DNA from: an uncultured Chloroflexia bacterium
GTDB lineage: Bacteria; Chloroflexota; Limnocylindria; Limnocylindrales; CSP1-4
Direction of reading: 5' to 3'
DNA length: 64,000 nt
Assembly (NCBI GenBank): GCA_963752475.1
Contig: CAVVYR010000029.1
Span: 96,001-160,000, forward strand
The notes under the pieces are model-generated. The model saw only the letters and a list, made by a program, of their open reading frames with translations, was not told where the DNA came from and ran no database searches. This document shows, one piece after another, positions 59,387 to 64,000 of the stretch (position 1 is the first letter of the stretch; every line of letters starts with the position of its first letter). Position numbers and translations under genes: made by a program.

Positions 59387-60970
59387 CTACATCTGCGCGA
59401 AGCGCGGACCCTCCCCGCCTTCGGGCGGCTGCCAGGTGATGTTGTCCTTGGGGCACTTCACCGCGCAGGTCATGCAGTGCAGGCAGTTCGACGGGCTCAG
59501 GACGACCTTCTCGCCATCCCAGCGGTAGACCTGCCCGGGACAGAACGACTGGCATGAGGCGGCGTACTCGTCGGCACAGTCGATGCACTTCGATGGGTCG
59601 CCGATGGCCATGTGCGCCGCTTCGTCCTCGCGGTGCAGGGCGCCGGTGAGGCTGACGAAGGTCGCGCCGTCCAGGCCGCCCGGATCCTCGCGACCGAGCC
59701 GCGCACCGGCGCTGGTGCCCTCGCGGTCGGGCTCCATGCCCAGGCGCATCGGCAGGAGGTGTGAGATCTGCGACAGGGGCGTGCCCAGGTACAGGCCTCG
59801 CTTGAAGACCTGCCGATAGTTGCGCGCGCGGCGCATCTCGGGCAGCACGCCGCCCGCCTCGAGACGCTCCTGGTAGCCCTTGAGCTCGACCTCGCCATCA
59901 CCGGCCTGGGCCAACCCCGCGGCGATGGTCTCGGCCGCGGCCATGCCCGACCACATCGCGTTGTGGATGCCCTTGATCTTCTGCATGTTCACGAAGCCGG
60001 CGCCATCGCCCACGACCAGCGCGCCGGGCACGTTGATCTTGCCGATGGCGTAGTAGCCGCCTTCGGGGATGGTGCGAGCACCACTGGCGATGGTCACGCC
60101 GCCCTCGATCTGCTCGGCCACGAAGGGATGCTGGCGGAAGCGTTCGAGCTCCTTCTGGGGGTTGAGATCGCCGTACTTCCAGTCGAGCGCCATGATCAGG
60201 CCGACCGAGATGGTCGTGGAGTCGGTGGCATACATGAACCCGCCACCGAAGACGTCCTGCGGCAGCGGGTAGCCCAGGAAGTGGGCCACGTGCCCCGCAC
60301 CGAAGGGATGCTCATCCTTGAACTGCAGCACGGCCTTGATGCCCAGCGAGTAGACCTGCGGGTTCTGCCCCGCGCCGAAGTGATCGCGCAGTTGCTCGCT
60401 GAGCACGCCGCGGGTACCGTCGGCGAGGACGGTCACGCGGGCGCGGATCTCCTCCGCCGGCCGGTAGTTGGGCATCTGGCCGCCGTCGGCGTCCAGCCCG
60501 ACCTCGCCGAGGCGCACGCCGTTGACGCAGCCGTCCTCGACGATCAGTCCGCGCGCGCTGAAGCCGCTGTAGACCTCGATTCCCTCAGCCTCAGCGACAC
60601 CGGCGAGATAGCCCACCAGCCGCGAGATCGACACGATGACGTCGTCGCTGTGGTCCATCGCGCTGGGCGCCACGAGTTCAGGCACCTTGATGGCGTGCGT
60701 GCCCAGCAGGAAGTAGATGTCGTCCTGCTCCACCGCGCTGATCCGCTTGGCCATCTGACGGTCCTCGCGCCAGCCCGGGGTCAGCTCGTCGAGCGGCGCC
60801 GGGTCGACGACCGCCCCAGAGAGGTTGTGATAGCCCGGCTGGGAAGCCTTGTCGATGACCGCCATCGATAGCTCGTGCCCAGCCTCGTCGGCGAGCCGCT
60901 TGAGCTTGATGGCCGCGGCCAGGCCGCCCGGCCCGGCACCTACGACGAGGACATCGAGCGGCGCCCTCAT
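59387..60970 (-). CDS. ETF:quinone oxidoreductase, FixC-FixX-like fusion
   Basis: VGAGPGG, LSGA, LG.K, EGGY, GD.AGFVN..KIKGIH.AM.SG; C-terminal CIDC-x7-C-x3-CP and CLHCMTC-x3-CP. Confidence 0.92.
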   Translation of the reverse strand: MRAPLDVLVVGAGPGGLAAAIKLKRLADEAGHELSMAVIDKASQPGYHNLSGAVVDPAPLDELTPGWREDRQMAKRISAVEQDDIYFLLGTHAIKVPELVAPSAMDHSDDVIVSISRLVGYLAGVAEAEGIEVYSGFSARGLIVEDGCVNGVRLGEVGLDADGGQMPNYRPAEEIRARVTVLADGTRGVLSEQLRDHFGAGQNPQVYSLGIKAVLQFKDEHPFGAGHVAHFLGYPLPQDVFGGGFMYATDSTTISVGLIMALDWKYGDLNPQKELERFRQHPFVAEQIEGGVTIASGARTIPEGGYYAIGKINVPGALVVGDGAGFVNMQKIKGIHNAMWSGMAAAETIAAGLAQAGDGEVELKGYQERLEAGGVLPEMRRARNYRQVFKRGLYLGTPLSQISHLLPMRLGMEPDREGTSAGARLGREDPGGLDGATFVSLTGALHREDEAAHMAIGDPSKCIDCADEYAASCQSFCPGQVYRWDGEKVVLSPSNCLHCMTCAVKCPKDNITWQPPEGGEGPRFAQM

Positions 60971-62862
60971 GCCCGTACCTCCAGTGCCTTGGTCAAGGCG
61001 GGGATGACCGTCTCGATATCACCGACGACGCCGAAGTCTGCGTAGTTGAAGATCTTCGCCTTGGGGTCCTTGTTGATGGCGACGATGACGTCCGAGCCCT
61101 GCATGCCCGTGATGTGCTGGATGGCTCCGGAGATGCCGATGGCCACGTACAGCCGCGGCTGCACGGTCTGGCCGGTCTGGCCGACCTGGTAGTCATGCGT
61201 GGTACAGCCGTCCTCGACGGCCATGCGTGAGGCAGCCACCTTGGTGTCCGCGCCCAGCAACGCCCCGATGCCCTCGGCCAGTGGGGTGAGATGTCGGTCG
61301 AAGTCGGCCTTGCTGCGGAAGCCGTGGCCGCCAGCGACGATGACCTCCGCGTCGCGGATGGAGACCTTGCTCGCGAACGACTCCACGGGTGTCGATTCGA
61401 GGCAGATGTTGCAGATCTCGAGGTCCACCTCCGGGCGGATGACCTCACCGCTGCGTTCCGGATCGGACGGTGGCACCTTGAAGACGCCGGGCCGCACGGT
61501 GGCCATCTGGGTCTGGCTGTCCTTGGTCATGATCGTGGCCATGACGTTGCCGCCCAACGCGGGGCGGGTCTGCTCGACGATGCCCACGAGGTTGATCGAG
61601 CCCTTCTGGTAGTCCCCGATCTCGAGCCTGGTGCAGTCGGCGGTAAGGCCACAGCGGCAGGCGTAGGCGACGCGAGGAGCCAACTCACGTCCGAGCGGGC
61701 TGGCGCCGAAGAGCATGGCCTGTGGCTTGAACTGCTTGATGGCCTGCGCCAGGGCCTCCTTATGGGTGATGGGGTCGAATCCCGCCAGCAGAGGGTGCTC
61801 GATGACGTAGACCTTGTCGGCACCGGCCGCGATCAGCTGCTGCGGACGATCACCAGCATCGACGGTGGCGAGGATGGCTCCGACCTGCTCGTGCAGGCAG
61901 GCAGCGAGGCGACGAGCGACACCCAGCAGCTCGAGCGAGACCGAGCGGACGCCATCACCCTCCGGCTCGGCGTAGACCCAGAACTCGCCGCGGTAGGTCG
62001 GTTCGCGGTCGCCGATGTCGTAGGTCTCCTCGTCGCGAGAGATGGCCTCGGCTGTGCCCGCGACCTCGTAGGCGGCCTTCATCTTGCTCAGGAGTTCGGC
62101 GGGGTCGGTCACGAAGTCGCACTCCTTGGTGCGAGCCTCCGAGGGACTGAAGAGGTGGTGCACCTGCGTCCACGAGCCATTCAGGCCGGTGCGAGTGCGG
62201 TCGGCCTCGACCGAGTCGGCGTCCCATCGGTGGATCTTGGCGATGTGCGCCTCGCGTGCAGCGGCGAACGAGCGGAACAGCGGCTTGGTGGCCGCGGTCA
62301 GCGTGATGAGCACCGGCAGGATCGTGGGCTTGACATCCTCCGTGCCTTCGGCGGCGATGCGCCTGATGATCAGCTCAGGCTCCTTCTGCAGACCCTGCGC
62401 GTAGGCGATGTGGGCGATGCCCAGCTCCTCCGCGATCTGCGGCGGCACCTGCGCGGTGTCCCCGTCGACCGACTGCATGCCGGTGACGATGGCGTAGTCC
62501 CGGGAGCCGTCGAACATCTCGTTCTCGATGCGACGGATGGCCTGGGCCAGCGAGTAGGCGGTAGCACCCGTGTCAGCACCGGCGAAGGCCTTGTCGGTGA
62601 GCAGGATCGCCTGACCCGGTACCCGGCTGAGGCAATCGACGAGCATCTCGCGAGCGGCTGGCGGGCCCATGGTCAGGAACACGACACGGGCGTCGGTGTC
62701 GTCCCGTACGAGCTCCTCCGCGAAGGTCAGGGCATGCAGGTCGAGCGGGTTGATGACGCTGTCGAGCATCGCTCGACGCAATGTCCCCTTCTCCCGGTCC
62801 CAGGCCTCCTCGGGGATGTTCGAGACATCGGGCACCTGCTTGACCAGAACGATCACGTCCAT
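60967..62862 (-). CDS. Fused electron transfer flavoprotein beta-alpha (EtfB-EtfA/FixA-FixB-like)
   Basis: Beta part [31 protein letters not shown]; alpha part [43 protein letters not shown]. Confidence 0.93.
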   Translation of the reverse strand: MDVIVLVKQVPDVSNIPEEAWDREKGTLRRAMLDSVINPLDLHALTFAEELVRDDTDARVVFLTMGPPAAREMLVDCLSRVPGQAILLTDKAFAGADTGATAYSLAQAIRRIENEMFDGSRDYAIVTGMQSVDGDTAQVPPQIAEELGIAHIAYAQGLQKEPELIIRRIAAEGTEDVKPTILPVLITLTAATKPLFRSFAAAREAHIAKIHRWDADSVEADRTRTGLNGSWTQVHHLFSPSEARTKECDFVTDPAELLSKMKAAYEVAGTAEAISRDEETYDIGDREPTYRGEFWVYAEPEGDGVRSVSLELLGVARRLAACLHEQVGAILATVDAGDRPQQLIAAGADKVYVIEHPLLAGFDPITHKEALAQAIKQFKPQAMLFGASPLGRELAPRVAYACRCGLTADCTRLEIGDYQKGSINLVGIVEQTRPALGGNVMATIMTKDSQTQMATVRPGVFKVPPSDPERSGEVIRPEVDLEICNICLESTPVESFASKVSIRDAEVIVAGGHGFRSKADFDRHLTPLAEGIGALLGADTKVAASRMAVEDGCTTHDYQVGQTGQTVQPRLYVAIGISGAIQHITGMQGSDVIVAINKDPKAKIFNYADFGVVGDIETVIPALTKALEVRA

Positions 62863-63143
62863 GTCAGCGCATCCTCCTGCCCCGCGTCTGCGACGCCAGG
62901 TTCCGCCCATGCGAGTACTGCATCAGATCGTCGACCCCCTTGGTGGTCAGCAGCAAACGCGACAGACATCAAGACACGGCCTCGCGTACGTCGTCGTCGT
63001 GATCACTGATGAGGCTATCGCGAGAGCAGCCGCTCACGGATGGGCCGGTGCGTGCCGTTGAAGGGGGCCATCGGTCCCGAAGGCGCTGGTGGGGCCTGTC
63101 CACTCCCCGTCCCGAGGGGGCCGGCCCAGGACACGGAGCCGGG

Positions 63144-64000
63144 TTACCCCTCAGGCGGAGCGTCGTCCGAGCGGGGGTCGACGGCCCAGCGCTTGAGCAT
63201 GCGCTCGCGCACCAGCCGCACCTCTTCCTTGCGTGCCTTCTTGCGCGGCAGCTCGTACAGCTTGGCCGCGGTCAGCACGCGGTAGTAGGTGCGGGTGATG
63301 GCCACGGCCAGGCCCATGGTGCCGTCGCGGTAGCCGCGGCCCTTCACGTACTGGCGCCAGAAGTACCTGACCGCCTCCCCGAAGAGGTCGAGCGGCCCGT
63401 TCACCCGCCGGCCGCGAGCGTAGGCCTGGCGCGCCTCGATGTCGGTGTAGCGATCGACCTTGCGCACGAGGTCGGACAGGTTCCCGCCGGGGAAGTGCCA
63501 GATGGCCAGCGCCGGGTCGGCAGCCAGCTTGTGGCGGCGCGTGCCCGGAGCCGGTGCGATCGACTTGTGGATGCGGTCGGTCATGAGCAGTGAGCCGGGT
63601 CGGAAGAAGCGCGAGTGGCGGCTGGGCCAGTTGTTGCCGTGCTTGATCCAACGGCCAAGGATGAGGTTGGCACGGGGAACGAGTACGACGTCGATGTCGG
63701 GGTCGGGCTCGACCAGCTCGCGCAGGTGCGTGGCCAGGCTCGGCGGGACCATCTCGTCGGCGTCGAGGATGAAGACCCAATCGCCGGTGGCCTTGCTCAC
63801 CGCGAAGCGGCGGGCGGGGTCGGCGATGCCACCGGTGCGGTCGTGCTGGTAGACGATCGCGCCCATCTCTTCGGCGATCGACGCGGTGTCGTCCTCGGAG
63901 TGCTGGTCGACGACGATGACCTCGTCGCACCAGGGTGTGAGCGTGGACAGGGCGTAGTGCAGCTGATGTCCTTCGTTGAGGGCGATGACGACGCCGCTGA
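63144..64000 (-). CDS. Glycosyltransferase family 2 (5' end beyond the window)
   Basis: Frame is open to the right edge: SGVVIALNE...DEVIVVD..S.D.T, then LDADE and K.DRYT..EA. Confidence 0.92.
   Translation of the reverse strand, partial: SGVVIALNEGHQLHYALSTLTPWCDEVIVVDQHSEDDTASIAEEMGAIVYQHDRTGGIADPARRFAVSKATGDWVFILDADEMVPPSLATHLRELVEPDPDIDVVLVPRANLILGRWIKHGNNWPSRHSRFFRPGSLLMTDRIHKSIAPAPGTRRHKLAADPALAIWHFPGGNLSDLVRKVDRYTDIEARQAYARGRRVNGPLDLFGEAVRYFWRQYVKGRGYRDGTMGLAVAITRTYYRVLTAAKLYELPRKKARKEEVRLVRERMLKRWAVDPRSDDAPPEG

Overview
A gene-dense, high-GC bacterial window with about 62 CDS. I found no rRNA, tRNA, CRISPR array or recognisable mobile element. Gene content (F420 genes, homodimeric aceE, ppgK, DUF3090/DUF4032, K+-dependent membrane PPase, leaderless promoters) suggests an uncultured Chloroflexota or Actinomycetota-like organism; this is inference. 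Blocks, left to right: (1) 1-15.8 kb, a sugar-type ABC importer with two paralogous cytochromes P450, SDR, Zn-ADH, SGNH esterase, URO-D-family protein, mutarotase and Hyi-like isomerase, ending in a secreted CRTAC1/ASPIC-vanadium haloperoxidase fusion; (2) 15.8-36 kb, mixed genes (rpiB-like, sulfotransferase, DUF4032 kinase, fur, crcB, msrB, hppA, a PTPE-repeat YbaY lipoprotein, proline racemase); (3) 37-42.6 kb, two convergent ECF sigma units whose downstream partners look like anti-sigma/enzyme fusions (Ogt-Ada, and a membrane-anchored PQQ sugar dehydrogenase); (4) aceE, ppgK, 5'-3' exonuclease, deoD; (5) F420 locus cofD-cofC-cofE with F420-type oxidoreductases, then trxB; (6) a FixABCX-like system in two fusion genes, and a partial GT2. 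Five apparent +1 frameshifts in three genes look like sequencing errors. The best novelty candidates are the ECF/Ogt-Ada unit, the P450 plus sugar-ABC locus with a shared operator, the ECF/GSDH sensor fusion and the CRTAC1-haloperoxidase fusion. All functional calls come from motif recognition by eye; no searches were run.
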